DNA of 13,703 bases, taken from a bacterium. Lineage in GTDB: Bacteria > Desulfobacterota > DSWW01. The stretch spans positions 1 to 13,703 of the forward strand of contig JBFLZG010000045.1 of the NCBI GenBank assembly GCA_040756235.1, in the 5' to 3' direction. Shown piece after piece: positions 1 to 9,126 of this stretch. Made by a program: the position numbers and the translations under genes. The notes below the pieces were generated by a model, which did no database searches, had not been told where the DNA came from, and worked only from the letters and a program-made list of their open reading frames with translations. The first letter of the stretch is position 1. The number at the start of each line of letters is the position of its first letter.

Positions 1-2
1 CA

Positions 3-821
3 CAGGTCGGACAGGCAAGAGTCGCCCTGGATCGCAGTAAAGACGAATACGCCCGGATGAAATTCCTGTATGAAAGCAGGAGCCTTGCGGAAAACGATTT
101 TGAAAAATACAAAGCGGCCTATTTGAGCGCCGAACAGCAGCTGCACCAGGCCATCGCAAATGAAAAGCTTGCCCACAAGCACCTTGGCGATGCGTCGCTG
201 CATGCTCCTGCCCCCGGTTTTATTTCAAGGCGGTTCATCGAACCGGCTCAGACTGCAAGTCCGGAAAGCCCTGCTTTCGAAATCGTGAAGCTCGATCCGG
301 TGGAGATCAACGTCGGCGTGCCGGAGACCGACGTTCATCTCGTCAGGGTCGGACAGACGGCAACTGTCACAATCCCCGCTCTGCCGTCGGAATCCTTCGA
401 GGGCACGGTGCGGGTTATCAACGTCTCGGCCGATCCCCAAACCAGAACATACATGACGAGGATCGTTGTTCCCAACCCAGCCCATACCCTCCGGGTCGGG
501 ATGGTTGCCGAGGCCAGGATCCAGGGGGACAGGGTAGTCGACCTGATGACCCTTCCCGCCGAGACCATCTTAAGGGACCCGCAGGGGGCGACGATTGTTT
601 TCGTATATTACCCCGACCAGGAGCGCGTCTATGCGCGGCGGGTTGTGCCGGGCGCTGTCTATGGCCGGGAAGTCGCCATCACAGGCGGCCTTTCAGGGGA
701 TGAGGCCGTGGTCGTTGCAGGACAGGAGAAGCTGCGCGACGGAACCACCGTCTCCTTGACGGGGGAAAGCGCCTCCGGGGTGCCGCAGGATTTGCCGGGA
801 GAAAGAGAGGTGCGCCAATGA
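3..821 (+). CDS. Efflux RND transporter periplasmic adaptor (membrane fusion protein), 5'-truncated
   Basis: Frame is open from nt 3 (QVGQARVALDRSKDEYARMKFL...), so the ATG at 57 is internal. MFP features: helical hairpin, lipoyl half-motif LHAPAPGFISRRFIEP, beta-barrel VPETDV...G.V..I...ADPQTRTY...LRVGMVA, and C-terminal GLSGDEAVVVAGQEKLRDG. Stop overlaps the RND start (ATGA 818-821). Confidence 0.93.
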   Translation, partial: QVGQARVALDRSKDEYARMKFLYESRSLAENDFEKYKAAYLSAEQQLHQAIANEKLAHKHLGDASLHAPAPGFISRRFIEPAQTASPESPAFEIVKLDPVEINVGVPETDVHLVRVGQTATVTIPALPSESFEGTVRVINVSADPQTRTYMTRIVVPNPAHTLRVGMVAEARIQGDRVVDLMTLPAETILRDPQGATIVFVYYPDQERVYARRVVPGAVYGREVAITGGLSGDEAVVVAGQEKLRDGTTVSLTGESASGVPQDLPGEREVRQ

Positions 822-3800
822 ACCCGGCCAAGGCATCTCTGCAGTACCCGACAGTTGCTTTGATCCTTGTCGCCATGGCCGTGGCGGTCGGACTTTATGC
901 CTTCCTCTACATGCCGCGCACCGAAGACCCCGACGTCACCATTCGCACCGGCCTGGTGATCGCACTTTATCCGGGCGCAACTTCCGAGCAGGTCGAAAAG
1001 CAGGTAGCAAAACCCCTGGAAAAACACATTTTCAAGTTTCCGGAAGTCCGCAAGGAGAAAACGTACTCGACCAGCCGCCCGGGTCTGGTCATCATCAACG
1101 TGGAGCTAGAAAACCACGTGAGAAACTCCGACGTCATCTGGGCCAAAATCCGCCACGAGATGAACGAGGTCAGCGCAACCGAGCTGCCCGACGGCGTCCG
1201 GGGACCCATTGTGAACTCCGACTTCGGCGACACCGTAGCCATGCTTCTCGCCATACACGGGAAACGTTACGGCTACCGCGAGCTGCGTGACTACGTGGAC
1301 ACGATTCAAGACGAGCTGCGCACCATCCGTGAAGTGGGCAAGCTCGCCATGTATGGAGAGCAGCAGGAGCAAATCTGGATCACGAGCGACTTGGAGCGCC
1401 TGTCACAGTACTTCGCGGACCCGCTGCAACTCATCCAGGCTCTCAAAGAGCGAAACGTCATAGAGGGTTCCGGCCATTTTGAGGCGGACCACAGCAAAAT
1501 TCCCCTGCGCACCACCGGCCTGTTCAATGCGGAAGAAGACATCCGGAATGTGCTCGTGGACATTTCCCAAACGGGCGAACCTGTTTACATCCGCGATTTT
1601 GCCGAGGTGGAGCGGCGCTACCAGGACCCGATGTTCATGGTGCGCTATGATGGCGAGCCTAGCCTGCTGCTGTCTGTGGAAATGCAGAAGGGGAAGAATA
1701 TCGTCGAGCTCGGCGATCGAATCCGGGAGGCTTTTGCCCGCCTCAACTCCCTGATGCCGCCGGACGTTCGGATCGATCTCATCGCCAATCAGCCTGAGGT
1801 CGTCAAGGAACGAATCACGCATCTGACCCATGAATTCCTGCTGGCCATCGCATCTGTTATCCTGGTCACGATCATCCTGCTGCCCATCCGGGTAGCGGTG
1901 ATCGCGGCGCTCGCCATTCCCATAACGCTATGCACAACCTTGGGGGCGATGAACGCCGTGGGCATCGCGTTGCATCAGGTCTCTATCGCTGCGCTCATCA
2001 TGGTCCTCGGGATCGTCGTCGACGATGCCATCATCATTGCCGATAATTACGTGGATCTTCTCGACCGCAAGGTCTCCAAGCCGGAGGCCGCCTGGCGCTG
2101 TGTGGCAGAAGTCATGGTTCCGGTCCTTGCCGCAACCGTGACAATCATCTGTTCTTTCCTGCCCCTGGTGATCCTTACGGGAACGGCCGGCGAGTTTATT
2201 TTTGCGCTTCCCATTACGGTCGCCATAGCTCTGACCGTGTCGTTCATCGTGGCCGTCTTCATCACACCGATCTTCTGCAGGTTCTTCATCAAGAAAGGGC
2301 TCCACGACCACGGCACCGACAAGGTCGACGGAGGCAAGGAGAAATTCAGCATTCTCAATGTGATCCAGACCGGCTATCGGGTGATCATCGCCTTTTTCAT
2401 GCGCCACAAGGTCCCGGCCATGGCATTAGGAGTCGGGGCATTCGCTCTCGGGCTCCTCCTTTTCCGATCCGTGCCGCAGCAGTTTTTCCCAACGGCGGAA
2501 CGTAACCAGTTCGTGATCGACGTATGGATGGGCCAGGGAACCCGCATCGAGGCGACGGACGCTGTGATGCGGCGGATAGAGGCGTACATGAAGGAGAGGC
2601 AGGAGATCGAGCATTTTGCGAGCTTCGTCGGCCAGAGCGCGCCGAGGTTTTACTACAACGTCAATCCCCAGCAGCCGGATGCCGCATACGGGCAGTTTAT
2701 CGTAAACACACGCTCCGCAAAGGAAACCCCGGCATTGGTCGAAGATCTCCGGAAATCCCTGGCATCCGTGGCCCCCGAAGCGCTGGTCATCGTCAAGGAG
2801 CTGCAGCAGGGAATGTCATTGGAGGCTCCCGTCGAGGTGCGCATCGTAGGTGAGGACATCCAGGAATTGAAGCGCATCGGTTCCCAGGTGGAGGAGTTGC
2901 TCGCCCGGGCCTCCTCTTCGGCTTTCGTCCACCGCGACTATTTCAACGAGTCCTGCAGGGTCGACCTGCACGTCAACGAGGAGCTGGCTAACAGACTTGG
3001 AATAACCAATTCTTCCATATCGAAGATCGTGGACGGAGCATTTGACGGGATACCCGTGAGCACGTTCTGGGAAGGCGACCGGTCGGTGACCATCCTGCTC
3101 CGTCTCACACAGGCGTCTCGCTCCTCTTTCGGGAACGTGCGCGATACCTATTTAAACTCTCCGTTAACAAAGGCCAGAGTGCCGCTTCGCGCCATCTCCA
3201 CGCTCGAGCCGCAGTGGCAGACCAGCAGGATCGTGCGCCGCAACGGCGTGAGAACCCTGACCGTTCGAAGCTTCGTGCAGGGCGGCCATTACGCATCGGA
3301 ACTTCTGAAGGTTACCCGACCGCTGATCGAGGCGCTGCCGCTACCGCCGGGGTACAGGATTGAATACGGAGGGGATAAGCTCAACAGCGAGGAGACTTCG
3401 CCCGAGATGACGGCGGCGCTCGGCATCAGTCTCGTCGCCATCTTCCTCACCCTGCTCATGCAGTTCAGACGAGCAACGGACACTCTGATCGTCATGTCGT
3501 CGATTCCTCTCGCGCTTCCCGGCGCCGTTCTGGGGCTGATGATTACACGGAACCCGTTCGGGTTTACGGCTTTCATGGGACTCATCAGCCTGTGCGGGAT
3601 CGTGGTGCGGAACGCGATCGTTCTCATCGACTACATGAATGAGAAAAGGCGAGAGGGGCACTCTCTCGAGCAGGCCGCAAGGGAGGCCGGCGAACGGCGC
3701 CTGCGGCCGATCTTTCTGACCACCATGGCCGCAGCCGCGGGAGTGCTGCCCATGATCCTCTCCGGGTCGAGCTTGTGGAGTCCTCTGGCAAGCGTCATCG

Positions 3801-5260
3801 CATTCGGACTGATCTGGTCCATGTTCATCACTCTGCTCGTGGTTCCGGTGCTGTTCGTCGTCGTCAAGTCCCGCAAGACGAAGCCTGCCGCGGCTGCCGC
3901 GGCGGCGCTCATCGCTGCGCTTGTTCTCCTAGCGAGCCCGGCACATGCGGAGACGAAGCGGCTTACTCTGCCCGAGGCGGTCGACCTCGCCCTTCGGGGG
4001 AACCCCGCGGTCAAGATTGCCCACTTCAAAGTGAAGGAAAAGGAAGAGAAGGTCGCTTCCACCTCTGCGGACTACTACCCGAACCTGTCAAATGAATCCC
4101 GTTTCCACAAGATTTCCGATGAGCAACTGGTTTCCATCCCGGCTGGCTCCCTCGGGACCGTCCCCGGCATTGGGCGGTTTCCGGTCGAGAAAACCACCAT
4201 CAACCAGGGCTCTTCAACGCTCTTTCTCAGCACCACGACCCTCAGTCAACCTCTGACGCAGCTGATCAAGATTTACCATGCCACGGGTATTGCGCGGTCC
4301 GACCGAGAAGTTACGAAGGCCGAGGCCAGGCAGACGGAAAACGATGTCATCCTTGCGGTTCACCAACTCTATTACGGTCTTCTTGCAGCCAGAAAAGAAA
4401 AGGAGGCGGCTGAGGCCGGCTTGTCGGCGGCCCTGGAAAGCCAGCGCGAGGTCGAAAACGGGGTCCGTTCCAGGACCCTTCTTGAAGTCAGCCTGAACGA
4501 GAGCCGTACCGCAGTCCTGCAACACAGGCAATCGCTCATCGTGGCGGATATTCAGATCGCGGACCTGAATTCCGAGCTGAATGAAATTCTCGGCCTGCCG
4601 TTGGACACCGTGCTCGAATTGTCCGGGCCCGACTCCCCGGATGGCGCCATTGAAACTCGTGAGCACTACCTGCAGGCGGCGCTTTCCGGCAATCCCGAGC
4701 TTGAAGCCGCCAAAGCCGCCGTGACCAAGGCGCGTGGCGGAGTGAAGGCGGCCTACGACGAGTACATCCCTGATCTCGGTCTTTTCGCAAGTCATGCGTA
4801 TCAGGATGGTGTGCCGTTTCTGACGGAAAATGTCTGCACGTTCGGATTCATGATGTCCTGGAATATCTGGGACTGGGGCAAACGCGGGGCCGACATCGGC
4901 GAGCGGAGGGCCCAGCTGTCGCAGGCCGAGGAAGACCTCCACAGGATCAGTGACCAGGTAACTGTCGAACTGGAAAAGGCATACAGAAAGCTCGAGCGCA
5001 CTAGAAGCATGATGGCTGTCGCCAGGGAGGCGCTTGCGCTGCAACAGGAAAGGCTGCGCCTGGTTTCCGACCAGCTCAAGGCCGCCACCGTCAGCCCGGC
5101 AAAATACAGCGGGGCCGTTGCAGCCGTCAAAAAGGCGGAATCAGACGAGCTCCAGGCGCGCCTGGGCTACGACCTTGCGGTGGCGGAGCTGAATCGCATC
5201 GCGGGGAAATTCCCCGGGCTGGCCAGACAGGAAGACAAGGCCGGAGGTCCTGAAATCTGA
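818..5260 (+). CDS. AcrB/AcrD/AcrF-family RND permease fused to a C-terminal TolC/OEP-family outer membrane factor (1480 aa)
   Basis: aa 1-~1016 has RND architecture: YPGATSEQVEKQVAKPLE, TM4 GIVVDDAIII (D402/D403), TM10 GIVVRNAIVLID, TM11 RLRPIFLTT. aa ~1045-1480 is OMF-like: LTLPEAVDLALRGNP, YYPNLS, LSQPL, ALSGNPELEAAKA, YIPDLGL, WNIWDWG. SD-like GAGAGG upstream. No internal stop. Confidence 0.92.
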   Translation: MNPAKASLQYPTVALILVAMAVAVGLYAFLYMPRTEDPDVTIRTGLVIALYPGATSEQVEKQVAKPLEKHIFKFPEVRKEKTYSTSRPGLVIINVELENHVRNSDVIWAKIRHEMNEVSATELPDGVRGPIVNSDFGDTVAMLLAIHGKRYGYRELRDYVDTIQDELRTIREVGKLAMYGEQQEQIWITSDLERLSQYFADPLQLIQALKERNVIEGSGHFEADHSKIPLRTTGLFNAEEDIRNVLVDISQTGEPVYIRDFAEVERRYQDPMFMVRYDGEPSLLLSVEMQKGKNIVELGDRIREAFARLNSLMPPDVRIDLIANQPEVVKERITHLTHEFLLAIASVILVTIILLPIRVAVIAALAIPITLCTTLGAMNAVGIALHQVSIAALIMVLGIVVDDAIIIADNYVDLLDRKVSKPEAAWRCVAEVMVPVLAATVTIICSFLPLVILTGTAGEFIFALPITVAIALTVSFIVAVFITPIFCRFFIKKGLHDHGTDKVDGGKEKFSILNVIQTGYRVIIAFFMRHKVPAMALGVGAFALGLLLFRSVPQQFFPTAERNQFVIDVWMGQGTRIEATDAVMRRIEAYMKERQEIEHFASFVGQSAPRFYYNVNPQQPDAAYGQFIVNTRSAKETPALVEDLRKSLASVAPEALVIVKELQQGMSLEAPVEVRIVGEDIQELKRIGSQVEELLARASSSAFVHRDYFNESCRVDLHVNEELANRLGITNSSISKIVDGAFDGIPVSTFWEGDRSVTILLRLTQASRSSFGNVRDTYLNSPLTKARVPLRAISTLEPQWQTSRIVRRNGVRTLTVRSFVQGGHYASELLKVTRPLIEALPLPPGYRIEYGGDKLNSEETSPEMTAALGISLVAIFLTLLMQFRRATDTLIVMSSIPLALPGAVLGLMITRNPFGFTAFMGLISLCGIVVRNAIVLIDYMNEKRREGHSLEQAAREAGERRLRPIFLTTMAAAAGVLPMILSGSSLWSPLASVIAFGLIWSMFITLLVVPVLFVVVKSRKTKPAAAAAAALIAALVLLASPAHAETKRLTLPEAVDLALRGNPAVKIAHFKVKEKEEKVASTSADYYPNLSNESRFHKISDEQLVSIPAGSLGTVPGIGRFPVEKTTINQGSSTLFLSTTTLSQPLTQLIKIYHATGIARSDREVTKAEARQTENDVILAVHQLYYGLLAARKEKEAAEAGLSAALESQREVENGVRSRTLLEVSLNESRTAVLQHRQSLIVADIQIADLNSELNEILGLPLDTVLELSGPDSPDGAIETREHYLQAALSGNPELEAAKAAVTKARGGVKAAYDEYIPDLGLFASHAYQDGVPFLTENVCTFGFMMSWNIWDWGKRGADIGERRAQLSQAEEDLHRISDQVTVELEKAYRKLERTRSMMAVAREALALQQERLRLVSDQLKAATVSPAKYSGAVAAVKKAESDELQARLGYDLAVAELNRIAGKFPGLARQEDKAGGPEI

Positions 5261-5380
5261 CAGACGGGTGCGACGAGAAGTGCCTCGTGCATTCGAGCCG
5301 GCTGCAATAGGATCAGACAGAGGTAGCAGGTTCCGCGCTTGCGGGGCGCTGGTCAACTGGAGAGCGCAGGGGAAACCCGG

Positions 5381-6766
5381 ATGGACGCTGAGACGAGAGC
5401 AAGCCTGGACCGCATCTTCTATCCAAGAGGTCTCGCCCTTGTCGGCGCATCCGGCACGCCGGGCAAGTTCGGCTCCATCATCACAGACGGGATCCTTCGC
5501 ATGGGATACCGGCCCCTGTATCCCGTGAATCCTCGGGAAAGCGAGATCTTCGGCCTTCCAGCTTACCCCTCCGTGAGCGCCATTGAGGGCCCGGTCGACC
5601 TGGCCATCATCCTGTTGCCTGCTCCCGCGGTTTGCCGAACGCTGGAAGATTGCGTACGCAAGGGCGTCACCGGCGCGGTCATCATCAGCGCCGGCTTCGG
5701 CGAGCGCGGTTTAGAGGGCCGCCGGCTTCAGCAGCAGATCGTGGAGGTTGCCCGCAGCGGAGGGATGAGGCTCATCGGCCCCAACTGTCTCGGTTTCTAC
5801 TGTCCGGCCTCCAAGATCACGTCCTTTCCCAAGGTCCTCATGGAGAACGTGAAGGCCGCATCCGGACCTGTGGCCGCGATTTCCCAGAGCGGGTCCTTTC
5901 TTGACAACCTCACTATCATCGGGGCCGCCAAAGGCCTTGGCTTCAGCAAGCTCGTGAGCAGCGGCAACGAGAGCGACCTCACGGCCGAGGATTTCCTGGA
6001 GTATCTGGGAGAGGATGCGGACACCCGCATCATCGTCTCCTATCTGGAGGGCGTCAGGGATGGGGCCCGTTTCCTCGAAGCGGCTAAGAGCGTCAGCCGA
6101 CGAAAGCCCATCATCGTGTGGAAAGCGGGAACAAGCGAGAGAGGCGCACGGGCTGCCGCCAGCCACACGGGTTCCCTTGCCGGCGCAAGGGAGATCTGGG
6201 AAGGAGTATTCCGACAGGCAGGTATACTGGTCGTACGGAATCAGGAGGAGCTGATCGATGATCTCGTCGCGTTTTACCATCTTTCCGCTCCCGGCGGCCG
6301 TGGAGTAGCCATCCTGTCGGGGCCCGGCGGCCTCGCGGTGGGCGCCGCCGACGTGTGCTCGGAACAGGGGCTTCACCTTGCCGATCTGTCCGCAGAAACA
6401 CGATCGGAGCTTGACACCATTGTTCCGTCCGTGGGGAGCAGCCTGGAAAACCCGATCGACCTCGGACCGGCTGTGCTCGTCAGGCCGAGCATCGCTGCCG
6501 AGGCTGCCCGCATCGTTGCTCGCGACCCTCGGGTGCACATGCTGCTCGTCATCGGAACCGACGCACCTGGTTTCCGCGAAAGCATTGCCGAGGTAGCCGA
6601 AACCCTCAAGAAGCCGCTGGTCGTGGCTTGCACCTCACCGCCGGAGCACATCCCGGACGAGTATCATTTCCTCGCCCGCCGGCGGATCCCTGTCTATGCC
6701 GACGCTTCTCGAGCCGCCCGGGCGCTGGCGGCCCTCGCCCGGTGGCATGAGCGGCGAAATCTATAG
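5381..6766 (+). CDS. ADP-forming acetate/acyl-CoA synthetase alpha subunit (CoA-binding domain protein), 461 aa
   Basis: CoA-binding Rossmann start LALVGASGTPGKFG...YPVNP, then SAGFGE, RLIGPNCLG, ISQSG, VSSGNESD, YLEGVRDG, phospho-His motif AAASHTGSLAG (H262), SGPGGLAVGAAD and NPIDL. ATG 5381 preferred over the upstream TTG at 5339. Confidence 0.9.
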   Translation: MDAETRASLDRIFYPRGLALVGASGTPGKFGSIITDGILRMGYRPLYPVNPRESEIFGLPAYPSVSAIEGPVDLAIILLPAPAVCRTLEDCVRKGVTGAVIISAGFGERGLEGRRLQQQIVEVARSGGMRLIGPNCLGFYCPASKITSFPKVLMENVKAASGPVAAISQSGSFLDNLTIIGAAKGLGFSKLVSSGNESDLTAEDFLEYLGEDADTRIIVSYLEGVRDGARFLEAAKSVSRRKPIIVWKAGTSERGARAAASHTGSLAGAREIWEGVFRQAGILVVRNQEELIDDLVAFYHLSAPGGRGVAILSGPGGLAVGAADVCSEQGLHLADLSAETRSELDTIVPSVGSSLENPIDLGPAVLVRPSIAAEAARIVARDPRVHMLLVIGTDAPGFRESIAEVAETLKKPLVVACTSPPEHIPDEYHFLARRRIPVYADASRAARALAALARWHERRNL

Positions 6767-6894
6767 CCGCGTCGTACGAAAGTACCAAGTCTCACATTCT
6801 TCACCCACAGGTCGAGTCCCTCCGGCCTCCTCTTGCGTCCTCGGTGGGAAACCGATAACCGGATCGCCAGTGTTCGTGTTCCAGTCTGCCGGTA

Positions 6895-6923
6895 TTCCAA
6901 CAGCATACTGGAAAGTCGAGGCA
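6895..6923 (+). repeat. Leader motif copy 1 (TTCCAACAGCATACTGGAAAGTCGAGGCA), containing a TTCCA-N9-TGGAA dyad
   Basis: By-eye alignment to 10245-10275 gives 25 identities over 31 columns. Confidence 0.65.
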
Positions 6924-6936
6924 ACCAGCATAGAAT
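6909..6936 (+). promoter_or_regulatory. Possible sigma70-type promoter for the AAA operon
   Basis: TGGAAA (6909-6914), 16-nt spacer, TAGAAT (6931-6936). The -35 is weak and overlaps the dyad. Confidence 0.35.
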
Positions 6937-7026
6937 CGCGGCCTGTTGCTCAGGCCTTCGTGCCTCCTAACCTTTCAGAAGCTCACATCTGAGCCTACAA
7001 GTCCACAGAGGGAAATACACTCCCTG

Positions 7027-7069
7027 GCTCTTCCCTTGCCGTATTCCCACTGGGCGGCAAGGGAAGAGC
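7027..7069. repeat. Perfect 15-bp inverted repeat (hairpin), 13-nt loop
   Basis: GCTCTTCCCTTGCCG (7027-7041) pairs with CGGCAAGGGAAGAGC (7055-7069). No poly-U tail. Confidence 0.9.
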
Positions 7070-7143
7070 GTCCCTACTCTCTTCTCCTCACCTCAGTCCC
7101 GCCATACCATCTAGGAATTCTCCACTCAAGCACCGGAGGCGCC

Positions 7144-8643
7144 ATGGACGTTCCGAAGAAGATCAAGGTCCTGCATTATCTCAACGCCGGCTACCCGGCC
7201 CTGTGGGTGAAGACCCAGGAGCCGGAGCGGGCCGAGGCGAACATCGTGGCCGAGATCAAGCAGTGGGACGACCACCGAAAGAGCCGGACGGCTGTCTACC
7301 GCTGGGACTGCCTGCGCGGGCTCGAGGGCGTTCACCCGGACAGGGACGAACGGCAACTGATCCAGGACCCGGCCGAGCTCGTCACGCATCTGGCCGAGAT
7401 TCCGGGGCCGGCGGTCGCCTTTCTCGAGAACTTCCACCGGTTCATCGAGGGGGCCGAGACCGTCCAGGCCCTGCAGAACGCGAGGCAGGCTCTCGCCGCA
7501 GGCGGCGTGACCTTGATCGCGGTCTCCCCGATCGTGACCATTCCCCCGGAGCTCTCCAAGCTCTTCAAGGTCGTCCCCTTCGAGCTACCCACCCGGGAGG
7601 AACTGAGGGAGGTCTTTGTCGAGATCGCCGCGGCCGCAAATCTTGGGGAGCAGGAGCCGGCCCTCCTGGACGAGCTCGCCGAGGCAGCCGTGGGCTTGAC
7701 GCGCTTCGAGGCGGAGAACGCGGCCGCGCTCTGCTCCGTGGTCTCCTCCGGCAAGTTCTCACCTGAGATCGTCGCGCACATGAAGGCGGACATGATCAGG
7801 CAATCTTCCACGCTCGAGATCGGGGTCTTCGAGGAGGCTTTCGACGAGCTTCGCGGCGTTGACCGGATGAAGGATTTTGCATTGAAGAGCATCGCCTCGC
7901 ACATGTACCGCGGGATCCTGGTCCTGGGCCCCGCGGGAACGGGCAAGACCCACTTCGCCAAGGCCCTGGGGAACTCCGTCAGGCTCCCGACGATCATCGC
8001 GGACGTGAACCGGGTCATGGCGGCCGGCCAGGCCCTCGTGGGGCAGGCCGAGGCCAAGGCCCAGCAGACGGTCGACATCATCGACGCGCAGGGGCGCTGT
8101 GTCGTCATGTTCGACGAGATCGAGAAGGGGTTGTCGAGCGCCTATGGCGGTTACCAGGGGGATGGGGGCGCGAAGGCCGGAGTCGGCTCGATACTTCTTC
8201 GGTGGATGTCGGACCGGCCCCAGGGGACGGCCTACGTCGTTGCCACCTGTAACGATCTCTCTCAGCTTCCCCCTGAGTGGATGCGCGCGGAGCGCTGGGA
8301 CGCGATCTTCTTCGTCGATCTCCCCGACGAAGAGACCCGTAGCGCCATCCTCGCAATCCACAGTGCAAAGTTCGGCGTGGATCCTCAGACGATCGCACCA
8401 CCTCAGCTATCCGACTGGACAGGCGCCGAGATCAAGACCCTCTGCCGGGTGGCGAAGATGCTCGGGACCACACTTGAAGAGGCCGCTCAGTTCGTGGTCC
8501 CTGTATGCCGGACGGCGAGGGAGAAGATCCAGTCCCTTCGCGACTGGGCGCAAGGCCGGGCGGTTCCGGCACACCGAAGGGAGCAGGGCGCGGCCAGACT
8601 CCAGGAGAGCACCTCCGCGAGGAGGATCGTCTGCACAAACTGA
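7144..8643 (+). CDS. Ycf46-like AAA+ ATPase (degenerate N-terminal AAA domain plus active C-terminal domain), 499 aa
   Basis: SD GGAGG 7135-7139 before ATG 7144. N-terminal AFLENFHRFI and IPPELSK...FELPTREEL; Walker A GPAGTGKT; Walker B VVMFDEIEKG; sensor 1 ATCN; SRH LPPEWMRAERWDAIFFVDLP; WTGAEI; EKIQSLRDWA. This pattern is typical of the Ycf46 family. Confidence 0.88.
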   Translation: MDVPKKIKVLHYLNAGYPALWVKTQEPERAEANIVAEIKQWDDHRKSRTAVYRWDCLRGLEGVHPDRDERQLIQDPAELVTHLAEIPGPAVAFLENFHRFIEGAETVQALQNARQALAAGGVTLIAVSPIVTIPPELSKLFKVVPFELPTREELREVFVEIAAAANLGEQEPALLDELAEAAVGLTRFEAENAAALCSVVSSGKFSPEIVAHMKADMIRQSSTLEIGVFEEAFDELRGVDRMKDFALKSIASHMYRGILVLGPAGTGKTHFAKALGNSVRLPTIIADVNRVMAAGQALVGQAEAKAQQTVDIIDAQGRCVVMFDEIEKGLSSAYGGYQGDGGAKAGVGSILLRWMSDRPQGTAYVVATCNDLSQLPPEWMRAERWDAIFFVDLPDEETRSAILAIHSAKFGVDPQTIAPPQLSDWTGAEIKTLCRVAKMLGTTLEEAAQFVVPVCRTAREKIQSLRDWAQGRAVPAHRREQGAARLQESTSARRIVCTN

Positions 8644-8689
8644 CAGGGCTAAGCAGGTCTAGAAGCCCGGAGCAAAAGGAGGCGAGACC

Positions 8690-9121
8690 ATGAGCCACGT
8701 GGCAATCATCGAGATCGAGATCACGGACCTTGCGGCACTCGCTGCCGCATGCGAGCGCCTGGGGTTCGACTTCATGGAGAACCAGAAGACGTACCGGTGG
8801 TACGGCCGCTGGGAAGGGGACTATCCCCTGCCCGAAGGCTTCTCGCAGGAAGACCTGGGCAAGTGCGACCACGCGATCCGAGTGCCCGGCGCCGGCTACG
8901 AGGTGGGGGTCGTGAAGGCGAGGAAAAAGTCCGGCCACGAGCTCCTCTGGGACTTCTGGAGCCAGGGCGGGCTCACTGAAAGACTCGGCCAGAAGGGGGA
9001 GAAGCTCATCCAGGCTTACGCGGTCGAGAAGGCGAAACGGGAAGCCAGAAAACAGGGGTTCTCGGTGTACGAGACGACCCGGGAAGGTGGGAGCGTGAGA
9101 CTCACTCTTACCAGGAGATAA
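8690..9121 (+). CDS. DUF1257 (Ycf35-like) protein, 143 aa
   Basis: SD AGGAGG 8677-8682. Characteristic N-terminus MSHVAIIEIEITDLAALAAACERLG, then YEVGV, ELLWDFW and KLIQAYAVEKAKREARKQGF. Neighbours are an AAA ATPase and DUF2997. Confidence 0.8.
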   Translation: MSHVAIIEIEITDLAALAAACERLGFDFMENQKTYRWYGRWEGDYPLPEGFSQEDLGKCDHAIRVPGAGYEVGVVKARKKSGHELLWDFWSQGGLTERLGQKGEKLIQAYAVEKAKREARKQGFSVYETTREGGSVRLTLTRR

Positions 9122-9126
9122 CGCCA

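Noticed and set aside
3887..3907. Poly-Ala tract as a microsatellite
   Set aside because: Mixed Ala codons; better explained as the h-region of the internal signal-like linker.
6765..6795. Group II intron domain V-like AGCCG...GTAC-GAAA-GTAC
   Set aside because: Only a 4-bp GAAA hairpin; the lower stem does not pair and there is no RT gene.
6811..6870. c-di-GMP-I riboswitch on the minus strand (GGACGCAAG)
   Set aside because: Only a short word matches; the GGCAAAC start, GNRA-capped P2 and P3 receptor are missing.
6767..6894. tRNA or att site at the host/element junction
   Set aside because: No cloverleaf or T-loop motif and no direct-repeat partner in the window, so the boundary cannot be fixed.
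7027..7069. The 15-bp hairpins (also 10373-10414) as intrinsic terminators or IS ends
   Set aside because: No U-tract on either strand, no transposase, and both sit in leaders rather than directly after stop codons.
6946..7143. 66-codon N-terminal extension of the AAA ORF in the track
   Set aside because: Low-complexity translation across the hairpins; the SD and family-like sequence begin at ATG 7144.
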